Source of the DNA: Armatimonadota bacterium
GTDB taxonomy: Bacteria > Armatimonadota > Fimbriimonadia > Fimbriimonadales > Fimbriimonadaceae
Assembly: GCA_031400935.1 (NCBI GenBank)
Contig: JANNQV010000035.1
Location: forward strand, 1-64,000
Direction of reading: 5' to 3'
Length of the DNA: 64,000 nucleotides
This document shows positions 7,212-17,305 of the stretch, piece by piece. The notes beneath the pieces were generated by a model that saw only the letters and a list, made by a program, of their open reading frames with translations, was not told where the DNA came from and searched no databases. Position numbers and translations under genes: made by a program. Numbering within the stretch: the first letter of the stretch is position 1; each line of letters opens with the position of its first letter.

Positions 7212-9944
7212 ATGAATCATCGAACGATTTTGCGTGCGAGTTGCTCGTTAGCAGCGGTTCTAGCTGCTTTTTGCAGTGGCGCTGCTGAGCTAGAATTGGA
7301 AATCGGAACTGGTCAGACTTTCAATTCCATCTCGGCACAAATGGATTCTAAAGTTCGAGCATTTGCTAGAAACCTCTCGATTCTTAGCCGAAAGCAACGG
7401 GCCACTCAGATTCTGGCAGGAAGGGGTCGCGCAGACATTCCATTTTCAATGCCTGCAACGCTCTATTTGACGAGACAGGGCCAGCGGCTGGGCGAATCCA
7501 ATTTGCTTTATGGCGACGGCGGATCGGGCATTGTCTTGCAGTTTGATGCGACAGGGCCAAGGTCGTTTCCACTTGCCTACAGGCAACTTTTAGAAGACAC
7601 ATTCGCCGAAGCGCAATCAACAATGGTAGCGGTTTTTGGAGTCCCAGCATTTGGCGGCACGGTGCATGTCAGAAATTTTGATGCGGATATCGGTGACCGA
7701 GATGCTGTGGCTGGTGGCTATTATGTTCCAGACAACGGGTCTGCAGAACAGGAAATTCGCTTCCCCGAATACAGCAACAACGAGGCCGCCGCAGTCAATT
7801 TTGTCCATTGCCTTTTGCTTGCGCACATGGGCGGCTCCACTTATGGATTCGACGCATTCAGAGAGGGCCTAGTTCGTGCAGCGGCAATGCGTGTAGCGCG
7901 AACCGCAGGAGCTATGCCCGCAGGGCTCGACCCCGGATTGATAGAGTCCGTTCTAGAGAGCACCTACGACGTTGGCACCCATTACGATTGGTACAACCAG
8001 CGAGGATTAGGTGGAACGAAGTTCATTGCGCCGAACCTCCTAAATACTCAGTTGCCCGCAGGAGGAAGCCTTGGCGGAGTCTATCTGCTTCGATACCAAA
8101 TGGCAGGATCGGCATGGCAAAAGGCGCTTGTTGAATATCCAGCTTTCGCTTCAACCTTGAACGCTGCGGTTTATGCCCAACCTTCGCTTTTAAGCGATAT
8201 TCCTGGCTTGATAACAAAATCACAAGAAGTCATTGACAGCCTTTTCGGCTCCGCAGGAGCAACTTTGGAAGGAAGGTCGTTTGCCGAATGGTTCAAGCGC
8301 CAATTCATTTTGCATACTCAAGTTACTCTCGGGCAAAAACTGATATGCCACCCGATCCCACTTCCGCCAATCCCAAGTTCGCCCGATTTTGGAGTTTTCG
8401 ATGTTCCCGTAACTTGGTTTGAAACGTTGCCAGGAGGAAACGAAATCCTGCTCAGCGGCACAAGCTATCCGATCTTCTGGGGCGATCTTTTTGATCGAAT
8501 TTTTCCAAGTAGCCAGGAAGACCGAATGGACATCGCTGGTGCCTATGGATCAGTCACCCCGAACATCCCCAATTTCTATGCGGGCGAGCCATTTCGAACT
8601 GTAATTGATATTCCGGTCCAGGACAAAATTACCCGTGTCATCATTCCTGCGGGGGCGATTGCAACAGGCAGTAATCCAACACCGAACGACTTTTATGGGA
8701 CTTTCATCGGGACAGATGTTGGTGCTTTGAGGGTTCGACTCACGCATGGCGTGACCGTTGTTGACAATATCCCCATCACTCATGGAGCGTTTGAAGCTCG
8801 AATTGATACTCCCGCTTATCTAAACAGCAATCGGTGCAAAGTCGAAGTGATACGAACAATTTCGACAGTCGAGACGGTACTTCTAGAGCGATTTTTCAAC
8901 AAAGGGCCGGGACCGATTGCTCTTGATCTAAGGCTCGATTTTGGCGATGCAGGTCAGTCATTCGGGGTTGGAATTCCCAAAGGGCTCTCAACCGCAGGAC
9001 TCTCTGTTGATCCGTTTTCAAGTTCCATTTCCGAGACTCTTGGAATAGCGGAATCGCAAGTTTTGGTAGCGCGCTGGAATGGTTCCAAAGCAAGGTATGA
9101 CATTGCTCCCGATACCGGAATGTTGCAGCAGGGAATGGGCTATTTCCTCAGATTGCCTAACGTCGCGTCGGTGACTATTCCAGGGAGAACATCGCCGAAT
9201 ACGCCAATCGCCGTCGCTCTAAGACCGGGCTGGAACTTAATTTCGAACCCTACTAGCACTACTCTAACAACTGATTCAATTCGTGTGATCCACGCTGCCG
9301 ATACTCCCAAACCATGGTCCGAAGCTGTAGGAGCGGATATTGGAACAGCGTTTTTTACGTTTTCGCCAGGACCAAACGATGCAGCGACTAGTGCACCTGA
9401 AACCGGAACAATGATCGAGGCGACGCAATTCAATCCGGGCAACGCGTACTTCATCCGTGTTTTGATTGCAGAAGGCGTATCGTTGCTGTTTACGCCTCCA
9501 TCTGCCTTCAATAGAATTTCGAATTCGAATGCGGTCGTTCCGAGCATTCCAAAATATGTGATGAGAGTACGTGCAGGACGCCAAGGCCATTCGACTCAAG
9601 TGCTACTTGGCCAAAGCTCAACGGCGACAAGTAGCTTTGATCCGCGAGAAGACTCAGGACTTCCTCCGGGCACATTTGGGCTTCAAGCGGCGATTGTTGG
9701 AAACGCTGCTTATAGAGACATTCGAGCAATTGGTGCAACCCAGACTTTCAACGTACGATTCGATGGACTGCAACCCGCCAAAATCTACGAATTACGAACT
9801 GATGTTGTCCAAGGACGGTTGGCTGCGTTTTCATATCGAAAGGTTGGGCAAATTAGATGGAACCGAATGACTCGACCTCTTCGAACATTTTTCCGAGCCG
9901 ACTCTTCGACTGAAAACTTTCAATTTCAGGTGACCGGACAGTGA
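7212..9944 (+). CDS. Large exported protein (910 aa) with a degenerate gluzincin-like region and GWNL-type repeats
   Basis: Signal peptide; VHCLLLAH...FDAFREGL; LRPGWNLISNP, QGMGYF, PGNAYF. Confidence 0.75.
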   Translation: MNHRTILRASCSLAAVLAAFCSGAAELELEIGTGQTFNSISAQMDSKVRAFARNLSILSRKQRATQILAGRGRADIPFSMPATLYLTRQGQRLGESNLLYGDGGSGIVLQFDATGPRSFPLAYRQLLEDTFAEAQSTMVAVFGVPAFGGTVHVRNFDADIGDRDAVAGGYYVPDNGSAEQEIRFPEYSNNEAAAVNFVHCLLLAHMGGSTYGFDAFREGLVRAAAMRVARTAGAMPAGLDPGLIESVLESTYDVGTHYDWYNQRGLGGTKFIAPNLLNTQLPAGGSLGGVYLLRYQMAGSAWQKALVEYPAFASTLNAAVYAQPSLLSDIPGLITKSQEVIDSLFGSAGATLEGRSFAEWFKRQFILHTQVTLGQKLICHPIPLPPIPSSPDFGVFDVPVTWFETLPGGNEILLSGTSYPIFWGDLFDRIFPSSQEDRMDIAGAYGSVTPNIPNFYAGEPFRTVIDIPVQDKITRVIIPAGAIATGSNPTPNDFYGTFIGTDVGALRVRLTHGVTVVDNIPITHGAFEARIDTPAYLNSNRCKVEVIRTISTVETVLLERFFNKGPGPIALDLRLDFGDAGQSFGVGIPKGLSTAGLSVDPFSSSISETLGIAESQVLVARWNGSKARYDIAPDTGMLQQGMGYFLRLPNVASVTIPGRTSPNTPIAVALRPGWNLISNPTSTTLTTDSIRVIHAADTPKPWSEAVGADIGTAFFTFSPGPNDAATSAPETGTMIEATQFNPGNAYFIRVLIAEGVSLLFTPPSAFNRISNSNAVVPSIPKYVMRVRAGRQGHSTQVLLGQSSTATSSFDPREDSGLPPGTFGLQAAIVGNAAYRDIRAIGATQTFNVRFDGLQPAKIYELRTDVVQGRLAAFSYRKVGQIRWNRMTRPLRTFFRADSSTENFQFQVTGQ

Positions 9945-10798
9945 TTTGCAAGATTTGGCTGTTCTTCGCCTGCGTAATTCTTGCAGGATGCGCCGGTACC
10001 GCCCCTGGCACAGGGAATGGTTCGGTTATCGGCCGTGTGCTGAATGTTTCGACTGGTGGCCCGCCAAATCCGGCGGCAACAGTTCAGATCGCAAGCGCAA
10101 CCACGCCAACTTCGCTAACTGATGGCTCGTTCACATTGACAGCTTTAAGTGGCACTATCGCTTTGACTGTTGATAACGGCTTTCCTCCAGCCTGGATTTT
10201 CAGTATCGGTCCAGTCAACGGAAACACCGATGTGGGAGACCTTTGGGTTGGCCCAGAACGAGTGACTCTGACCGGTGTGGTGCGAGATGCAACGACCAAT
10301 GCCATCGTGCCAGGAGCAATCGTTCGTTTTGGTGGAAGAATCGGTCTAACGAATTCGACAGGTGTTTTTTCACTTGCAGATGTTGCTTATTCCAGCGCGA
10401 CTCAGACAGCCTTTTGGGGGATTGTCGGCGATGTTCGAGCCACAGGGTTTTTTCGAACAGAATTCAGCGCACAACCCAATGTGTCGGTTGGTGGAGTGGT
10501 TGATGTTGGTGATATTCTGATTACTCCAATAAGCGACCCGAATCCCCCGGGAATCCCGTACAACATTTGGGGCATAGTTACCGCTCCTGGCGGAGCAATT
10601 GGCTCGATTGTACGTCTGAAACAGGGAGGGTTCGATGTTCGCGTGTTCAATGTCGGTGCTGATGGTAAGTATCTGTTCTTCGTAGTTCCAGGGACGTATA
10701 CGATTTCGGCTTCAAAGGGTGCCTCAACCGCTCCCGACATTGTGGTTACGCTGACTCAGCCCAATGAGGTTATTCGACGCGATGTCACGATACCGTAA
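9941..10798 (+). CDS. Lipoprotein with carboxypeptidase-regulatory-like repeats
   Basis: ILAGC lipobox; GRVLNVST, TGVVRDATT...TNSTGVFSL, PGTYTISASK. Confidence 0.8.
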   Translation: MICKIWLFFACVILAGCAGTAPGTGNGSVIGRVLNVSTGGPPNPAATVQIASATTPTSLTDGSFTLTALSGTIALTVDNGFPPAWIFSIGPVNGNTDVGDLWVGPERVTLTGVVRDATTNAIVPGAIVRFGGRIGLTNSTGVFSLADVAYSSATQTAFWGIVGDVRATGFFRTEFSAQPNVSVGGVVDVGDILITPISDPNPPGIPYNIWGIVTAPGGAIGSIVRLKQGGFDVRVFNVGADGKYLFFVVPGTYTISASKGASTAPDIVVTLTQPNEVIRRDVTIP

Positions 10799-12200
10799 TT
10801 CAAAAGGTCTGAAAAAGTTGCTCGTCGGTGTGGGGATTGGTATTGGAGCCGTCACGCTCATCACATATTTCCAGTGGTTTGTTGCCTTAGATCCGTTCGC
10901 CAATTACCGCCGAAAGGCTAACACCGACCCTTCGAAAGAAGTCGGCGTTCGCATGAAAAATGTTCGCTTCGACATTTTTGACGATTCCAAGAAGATCGCT
11001 TCTTGCGATGTCGGGAGAGTCGAAATTCGACGGGATCGCCAGCTAACTGAGCTGTTCAATATTCGAAATGGGCAAATGGCGACGGAAGAAGGCAACTTTC
11101 AGTTCGAATCTGGGCGAGGCAATTTTGCGCAGCCAACGAAACTGTTTACTATGCAGCAAGGTGCAAGGTTTTGGAACGAAGATGTTGACCTAAGTACCGA
11201 GGCATTTTTGTATTACCAAAAGGTAAGGCGCATTGAGTCGTCGGGCAAAATTCAAGGCAAGTTCTACGGCGGAATGATTGTTGCCGAGCACTTTGAGTAC
11301 CTTCCGTTGAAAGACGAGGCGTCTGCTGGTCCTGTAGAGTGGACTGGCAACCTCGCCGCGAATCTTCAAGATGTGCCCGGAATTGAAGAGACGAAACAGA
11401 GGCAATGGAGTGTTAGAGGAGAGATATATAGTCGAAAGGGCGATGTTCAGATTTTCAAGAAGGGCTGGGCTAGCGACGGAGAAGTGATTTTGACCGCGGA
11501 TTTAGTGGTGCACAATAACAAGACCGACGTGATCACAGCTACGGGCAATGTTAAGTATTTTTCTGGCCGAAGCAACATGCTTTGCGAAAAAGCAGTTGTT
11601 TACCGAAAGGAACGTCGAGCAGAGCTGACCGGAAATGTGACGATGCTCGTGAAGCCCAAAGAGCAAGAAAAGCTTGAGGAAACTACGATTCCACCGTTCC
11701 GGCCAATAGTTCCTGAAACCATTGCAGGTGCTCGTCCTCAAGCACCCAAGACGGCCGATGAAAAGAAGCAGGACGACGAGCTCAGGCAGAACAACGCTCG
11801 CAAATACCCAACACAGATATTAGCGGAAAAGATCGAGTACTGGTACAAAAAGGGCTCGCGGCATGCGGTTATTACGGGTTCTCCAAAAGCCCAACAGGAC
11901 TTACCAGGTGGACGGTGGCGAACCATTTCGACGACACGAGCTGAATTCGATGTTGAGACGGATTGGCTCAAGCTGATCAGCTCCCCAGACAAGAAAACAA
12001 CTCGAATGAGAACCTCTCTCGGAGACGATCTAGTAGCTAAGTGGCTCCGCGTTTCAACGAAAGAAGGCGGTGAAGACGAGATGGAAGGCGAAGACGTTTC
12101 GGGCGTTGTGATGAGCGACGACGAGGATGTGAATTCGAGAGGCGGAAATCCTCCGCCACCTCCTGTTAAACCTCCATTAAAGGGAAGAATCGGAGTTTAG
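10782..12200 (+). CDS. LptC/LptA (OstA)-like beta-jellyroll protein
   Basis: N-terminal TM anchor; ILTADLVVHNNKTDVITATGNVKY, AELTGNVTM, AVITGSPKAQQ. Confidence 0.7.
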   Translation: MSRYRNSKGLKKLLVGVGIGIGAVTLITYFQWFVALDPFANYRRKANTDPSKEVGVRMKNVRFDIFDDSKKIASCDVGRVEIRRDRQLTELFNIRNGQMATEEGNFQFESGRGNFAQPTKLFTMQQGARFWNEDVDLSTEAFLYYQKVRRIESSGKIQGKFYGGMIVAEHFEYLPLKDEASAGPVEWTGNLAANLQDVPGIEETKQRQWSVRGEIYSRKGDVQIFKKGWASDGEVILTADLVVHNNKTDVITATGNVKYFSGRSNMLCEKAVVYRKERRAELTGNVTMLVKPKEQEKLEETTIPPFRPIVPETIAGARPQAPKTADEKKQDDELRQNNARKYPTQILAEKIEYWYKKGSRHAVITGSPKAQQDLPGGRWRTISTTRAEFDVETDWLKLISSPDKKTTRMRTSLGDDLVAKWLRVSTKEGGEDEMEGEDVSGVVMSDDEDVNSRGGNPPPPPVKPPLKGRIGV

Positions 12201-12232
12201 TGGCCGATTTATTTGTTTTCGCCGAAACAAAG

Positions 12233-12306
12233 TGGCTGGCGGACTAGGATTCGAACCTAGACTGGCGACACCAAAAACCGCTGTCCTGCCATTAGACGAT
12301 CCGCCA
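12233..12306 (-). tRNA. tRNA-Gln(TTG)
   Basis: TGGCGGATCGTCTAATGGCAGGAC-GCGGT-TTTTGGT-GTCGC...GGTTCGAATCC...CCGCCAGCCA. Confidence 0.92.
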
Positions 12307-12345
12307 ACTTGCTGATTTTACCCTCCGCATGGTTATACTGGGCTT

Positions 12346-13449
12346 ATGGTCCGCTCAAGCACTGATCGAATTGACAGATTCTCGACACAACTCGCACAAA
12401 GAAACTGGGATGTTTTCTTTGGATGCGCACCCGTTACCATGGGTTATCTGCACGGCTTTTTTGAAGGAAGCCACGAGCGCTTCATGAGCTTGGCAGTATC
12501 GAAAACTGGGGATTTGACTCTGATTTGCCCGGCTCTGAGCGCATCGCAAGCCAAACGTGCGGGAATTGAAGACATTCGCCCATGGGACGATAGCCAAAAT
12601 CCGATTGACCTAGTCACACAATTGGCACGTCAATGGAATTTTGAATCGGGAACCGTTGCCCTAGACATGGACATGCCCGCTCACCTAGTTCTCAGATTGC
12701 AAGTGTCGCTTCCAAACGCAAAGTTTGTCATTGGCCAATCCGCATTGTCTGAACTTCGCCGAAAAAAGGTTGAAGCCGAGATAGAAAAAATGCGAAAGGC
12801 AGGACAAATCGTTGATGATTCGCTTCCCGCAGCCTATGCGGCAATTCGACCCGGCACAACAGAACTAGAAATCCAAGAAATTTTGAATAAGGAAATCCGG
12901 GATCGCGGCGGTTCGCCGACGTTTTGCGTTGTTGCCGTAGGTTTCGGTTCCGCAGAGCCGCATCACATTACAGATTCAACGCAAATGAAGTCGGGAGATA
13001 TCGTTTTGATGGACTTTGGCTGCGATTTCGAAAGATATCAGAGCGATATTACGAGAGTCGTTTGTTGCGGAAAGGCGACCGACGAAATGAAGCAGATTTA
13101 CGGACTCGTCCATCAATCGCATGTTGCCGCACGTAAAGCAATTCAGCCAGGCGTTTCAAGCGAAAGTATTGACCGAGCGGCTAGAAGCGTCATCGAAAGT
13201 GCAGGATACGGCAAGAATTTCTTCCATCGCGTCGGCCATGGCATCGGCATGGAGGTTCACGAAGAGCCCTATATGGTTGAGGGCAACAAACACCTGCTCG
13301 AAGTGGGCAATTGCTTCAGCATCGAGCCAGGAATATACTTTGAGGGCAAATGGGGAATTCGAATCGAGAACATTGTTGCAGTTTCGAAAAACGGCCATGA
13401 GTCTCTTAATGCAGAGCCAAGCCCCAATCTCATTGAAATTGAGGCTTGA
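12346..13449 (+). CDS. Xaa-Pro peptidase (M24B family)
   Basis: PHH, DFGC...YQSDITR, HRVGHGIGMEVHE, FSIEPGIY, GIRIE. Confidence 0.93.
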   Translation: MVRSSTDRIDRFSTQLAQRNWDVFFGCAPVTMGYLHGFFEGSHERFMSLAVSKTGDLTLICPALSASQAKRAGIEDIRPWDDSQNPIDLVTQLARQWNFESGTVALDMDMPAHLVLRLQVSLPNAKFVIGQSALSELRRKKVEAEIEKMRKAGQIVDDSLPAAYAAIRPGTTELEIQEILNKEIRDRGGSPTFCVVAVGFGSAEPHHITDSTQMKSGDIVLMDFGCDFERYQSDITRVVCCGKATDEMKQIYGLVHQSHVAARKAIQPGVSSESIDRAARSVIESAGYGKNFFHRVGHGIGMEVHEEPYMVEGNKHLLEVGNCFSIEPGIYFEGKWGIRIENIVAVSKNGHESLNAEPSPNLIEIEA

Positions 13450-13470
13450 ATTGAAGACAAGGGCAACAAT

Positions 13471-14208
13471 TTAGAGTTTCGAAGAGTGTTTCTTTCGGTG
13501 GCGCATGATGAGGCCGCCTGCGCCAATACATAGGATTGCCATTGTCGCCGGTTCTGGAACCGGATTGGGGGGATTCGTATTGACGATGACTCCGAGCACA
13601 GGCAGTATTCCTAGGAATCCGAGATCCGGGCTACTTGGAATAATGGGAATATTGCTATTGTTTTCTGGAATTACAGGCACATCTGGAACTGAAGGTTCTC
13701 CCAAAATGCTGATGTTAGCTTGCATCGTGCTGGTAGGTGGTTGCAATGGCACGTCGCGAAGTTGGTCTACAGAGGTGCCGTTTGGATTTGCGACGGGCTT
13801 GCTGGCGTCGTATGGCGTTTTCGGGCCGCGAGTCACAGGATTTCCGCAATGCCAGATCAAAGCAACATCTCCGGCTTGATCTACCCATACCTTTGTTCCT
13901 TTCTTGATTTTCATCATTCGAGAACGAATGAGACCAGTTTCTGGAACGCCGTAGACAACATAGAGCCCGTCCTCGTCGGTTTTCGAAACTGAAAGTGCCT
14001 TGAGGTAAGTGACGACTTCTGATTCGGTCATCGCAAAGTGTCTGGCAAAACGGTCCATAACCTTCTTGTCTTGCTTCACATGTGTGATCAGCGATGGCGT
14101 ACTTGCACAAAGGCGATTCAAAAACGAGCCGGGTTCAGTTTGGGCAAGTGCAACATTTACTGTCATGCTCAAAGCTGCCAATAAAATCCAAAGCTTAGGA
14201 ATTCTCAC
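13471..14208 (-). CDS. PEP-CTERM exported protein with a CGNP-motif domain
   Basis: Signal peptide; KKGTKVWVD...WHCGNP; C-terminal VPEPATMAILCIGAGGLIMRHRKK; GGAG SD before GTG at 14208. Confidence 0.85.
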   Translation of the reverse strand: MRIPKLWILLAALSMTVNVALAQTEPGSFLNRLCASTPSLITHVKQDKKVMDRFARHFAMTESEVVTYLKALSVSKTDEDGLYVVYGVPETGLIRSRMMKIKKGTKVWVDQAGDVALIWHCGNPVTRGPKTPYDASKPVANPNGTSVDQLRDVPLQPPTSTMQANISILGEPSVPDVPVIPENNSNIPIIPSSPDLGFLGILPVLGVIVNTNPPNPVPEPATMAILCIGAGGLIMRHRKKHSSKL

Positions 14209-14290
14209 GTCTTTCTCCAGTTTCAAAAAAATCAAGTTCTTTCCAAATTAAAGCACTAATGATTTGTCTTGTTCGACGAAGGGAATAGTT

Positions 14291-14306
14291 TGCAGTTCCC
14301 GTGCCA
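14291..14306 (-). promoter_or_regulatory. Sigma54 (-24/-12) promoter
   Basis: Minus strand TGGCACGGGAACTGCA (GG-N10-GC) in the intergenic region upstream of the PEP-CTERM gene. Confidence 0.7.
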
Positions 14307-14349
14307 ATGAGATCAATAGGACTAAATCCTGCAAAGAACTGGCAAAAAT

Positions 14350-15054
14350 CTAGAAATCAAACAAATTCGTTGCCGATTCACGCGCTTGCTGCGCTCTTAG
14401 GATCAATTGAAGCGCATCTTGCGCTGCGGATTGTTCTGCTTCTTTCTTGGAGCGCCCGGCCCCTTCTCCCATGACTTCTTCGTCAAACATTACGTGAACC
14501 GTGAAGCGCTTTTCGTGCGCAACGCCTGCCTCCCGAGATAGCCGGTAAATCGGCGTCTTGTGCCAAGTTGCTTGGGCAATCTCTTGGAGCTTTGATTTGT
14601 AGTCGTTTGGACTCACATCACCGGTGCTTACGTTCTTCAAGTAAGGATGCAGTTGCTCAAGAATGAACCACCTAACCACCTCAAGCCCAGATTCCAGGTA
14701 GATCGCGCCCAATAATGCTTCAAACACGTCCGCAAGGATCGAAGCTCGATTTCTTCCTCCAGTCGAATCTTCGCTAGTGCTAAGTTCTATGAACTGGTCG
14801 AGGCCAAGCACTTGCGCTGCTTCGGCTAGAGGTCCTTCTTGCACTACACTTGATTTCGCCTTGCTAAGCATTCCTTGATCCCAATCAGGATGGTGAATGT
14901 ACAAATACTCTGCGATCACCATTCCAAGCACCGAATCGCCGAAAAATTCGAGCCTCTCATAGCTATCGGTAATGGCATTTGAAGCGGCCGATCTATGGCG
15001 CATGGCTATCTGAAATGCGTCAATACTTTTTAGAGGTATTTCTATCGGGATCAT
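14350..15054 (-). CDS. rnc: Ribonuclease III
   Basis: YERLEFFGDSVLG, ADVFEALLGAIYL; dsRBD DYKSKLQE...GRSKKEAEQSAA. Confidence 0.97.
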   Translation of the reverse strand: MIPIEIPLKSIDAFQIAMRHRSAASNAITDSYERLEFFGDSVLGMVIAEYLYIHHPDWDQGMLSKAKSSVVQEGPLAEAAQVLGLDQFIELSTSEDSTGGRNRASILADVFEALLGAIYLESGLEVVRWFILEQLHPYLKNVSTGDVSPNDYKSKLQEIAQATWHKTPIYRLSREAGVAHEKRFTVHVMFDEEVMGEGAGRSKKEAEQSAAQDALQLILRAQQARESATNLFDF

Positions 15055-16235
15055 ACGGTCAATCTTTGCAAGGCTTCATTCATTCGACCGATTCCGCGCT
15101 CGATCTGTTCGCGGTTAGTTGCGTAACTCAAACGCAAAAAGCCCTTCGCAGAAAACACAGAACCGGGGATGAGAGCAACGTGTGCTTCTTGCAGCAAAAT
15201 TTCTGCCAATTCATCAACTGTTGAACACTTCCCGCTCAAAAGGTTGGAAACGTTTGCCATCACGTAAAAAGCTCCCTGAGGCAAGGAAGCGGAAACTCCC
15301 GGAATTTGGTTCACCAGCGAATGCATTAAATCACGTCTCGTACGAAATTCTGGAAGCACCTCTTGAATAAATGAATCGCCCATTTCAAAAGCCTTAATCG
15401 CGGCTTTTTGGGCGAAAGAGGTTGGGTGGCTGATCGTGTCTTGGGTACACGCAATTTTTGTCATAACGTGTTTTGGGCCGGTCATGTACCCAATTCTCCA
15501 TCCTGTCATTGCGAATGTTTTGCTGCAACTGCCAATCGTGATCGTGCAATCTGCAAATTCTGGATCGAGGCCTGCCGGGCTGTAATGGACGCCTTCATAA
15601 ATCAGTTTTTCATAGACTTCGTCTGAAATCAGCCAGATTCCATTTGTGGAAGCGATTTGAGCGATTTCCTGAATGACCTGTTTTGGCCAAACTGCACCCG
15701 TGGGATTGTTTGGCGAGCATATCATCATCGCCTTGGTCTTGGGTGTTACAGCCGCGGCGACTTCCTGAGGATCGGGAACAAATCCGCTTTCTGGCGTGCA
15801 CTGAACCAAAACCGGAATTCCGCCAGCAAGCATCACCTGTTCGGAATAGCTCATCCAATAAGGTGCAATGATTATGACTTCATCGCCAGGCTCGACCAGC
15901 GTTAGGATCGCGTTGACGAGAGCATGTTTTGCTCCGCAAGTAATCACAACTCGGTCGGCGGAAGTTTCAATTCCATTTTCGCGCCGAAACTTATCTGCGA
16001 CAACTTCTCGAAGCTCCATGATTCCAGAGCCGCTTGTGTACTTTGTAAATCCAGCAAGCATTGCCTCATGGGCAGCTTCAATAATCGGCAATGGAGTTCG
16101 AAAATCGGGTTCGCCAGCTGCAAAAGAAATTACATCTAAGCCGCTTGCCCGCATCGTTGCGGCTCTTGCAGTGATCGCTAGTGTAGGGGAAGGATTTAGG
16201 TCTCGGACTCGGCTTGCAATAGGCTTGGGCTGCAC
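15051..16235 (-). CDS. PLP-dependent class I aminotransferase (aspartate aminotransferase-like)
   Basis: GEPDF, SPNNPTG, SDEVYE, SKTFAMTGWRIGY; GTG start 6 nt after TATACT. Confidence 0.93.
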   Translation of the reverse strand: MQPKPIASRVRDLNPSPTLAITARAATMRASGLDVISFAAGEPDFRTPLPIIEAAHEAMLAGFTKYTSGSGIMELREVVADKFRRENGIETSADRVVITCGAKHALVNAILTLVEPGDEVIIIAPYWMSYSEQVMLAGGIPVLVQCTPESGFVPDPQEVAAAVTPKTKAMMICSPNNPTGAVWPKQVIQEIAQIASTNGIWLISDEVYEKLIYEGVHYSPAGLDPEFADCTITIGSCSKTFAMTGWRIGYMTGPKHVMTKIACTQDTISHPTSFAQKAAIKAFEMGDSFIQEVLPEFRTRRDLMHSLVNQIPGVSASLPQGAFYVMANVSNLLSGKCSTVDELAEILLQEAHVALIPGSVFSAKGFLRLSYATNREQIERGIGRMNEALQRLTV

Positions 16236-16273
16236 GAAACAAGTATACCAAGCGTCATAATTGCTTCCTGCCA

Positions 16274-17305
16274 ATGTCCCAGAGATCATCAAAAATTCGT
16301 GCTCGTTTAATGGTGCTGTTCGGGCTCGCTCTTGGGGCAATTTTCCTACATGTTTTTCTTGGCAGTTCGGATGCAGAAGCACCATTTACAATTCGATATT
16401 CGATTCGCGAAGTTCTTTCTACGATCTTCAGCGGCGCGGGTGCCGAAAGCGATTCACTTAGTACTATCGTCTGGAGCATTCGATTGCCCCGCGCTGTAGC
16501 CTGTTGCGGTGTCGGCATGGTTTTAGGCATCGTTGGTTCTGCTTTTCAAGCACTTTTTCGAAATCCCCTTGCTGAGCCGTATGTAGTTGGTGCCTCTTCT
16601 GGCGCCGCTGTTGGTGGAGCGCTAGCGGTTTCCTTCGGAATTTCTGAAATATTGGGTGGAACAGGAATCGTGATTTGCGCGACGGCTACGGGTTTTGCGT
16701 CGCTTTTATTAGTCATTGCCATGGCAAGAGTCAAAGGCATTATTGACCCGCAAAGACTACTGATTTCCGGCGTAGTCATTAGCTCCATGCTTTCTGCGCT
16801 TGTGGCGTGCGTCCTTCTCGCCGCAGGCCAGGATTCGAACAGGGTTCTCAGTTGGCTGCTCGGTTCGATGACCCCAATGTACTGGTCGAGTCTTCCGATT
16901 CTCTATATTGTCCTGATCATTGGCGGGTTCATGCTGTATCGTCAAACGCGGAATCTCAACGTGTTTGCCGTTGGCGAAGAAACAGCGATTCGCCTTGGCG
17001 TGAACGCTCATCGCCTGAAACCAATCGTTTTGGCAGTTGGCACGATCATGACTGCTGTCGCAGTCGGAATCGTTGGAATCATCGGCTTTTTGGGAATGGT
17101 GGCTCCTCACATTGCTCGAAGAATTGTCGGTGTGGATTGGCGAGTTTCGTTGCCTGCCTCGGGGCTAATCGGGGCTGCTCTTCTAACGCTCAGCGATATT
17201 CTGGCTCAATGGGCAGTTCCAGGAGCTGAGTTGCCGGTCGGGATTGTCACAGCGCTTCTTGGGGCTCCGACGCTGTTGTTCTTGTTGCGAAGAGAAGCGG
17301 CCTAG
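16274..17305 (+). CDS. Iron-siderophore/cobalamin ABC transporter permease (FecCD/BtuC family)
   Basis: IRLPRA, FQALFRNPLAEPYVVGASSGA, GEETAIRLGV, IGFLGMVAPH, ELPVGIVTALLGAP. Confidence 0.93.
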   Translation: MSQRSSKIRARLMVLFGLALGAIFLHVFLGSSDAEAPFTIRYSIREVLSTIFSGAGAESDSLSTIVWSIRLPRAVACCGVGMVLGIVGSAFQALFRNPLAEPYVVGASSGAAVGGALAVSFGISEILGGTGIVICATATGFASLLLVIAMARVKGIIDPQRLLISGVVISSMLSALVACVLLAAGQDSNRVLSWLLGSMTPMYWSSLPILYIVLIIGGFMLYRQTRNLNVFAVGEETAIRLGVNAHRLKPIVLAVGTIMTAVAVGIVGIIGFLGMVAPHIARRIVGVDWRVSLPASGLIGAALLTLSDILAQWAVPGAELPVGIVTALLGAPTLLFLLRREAA

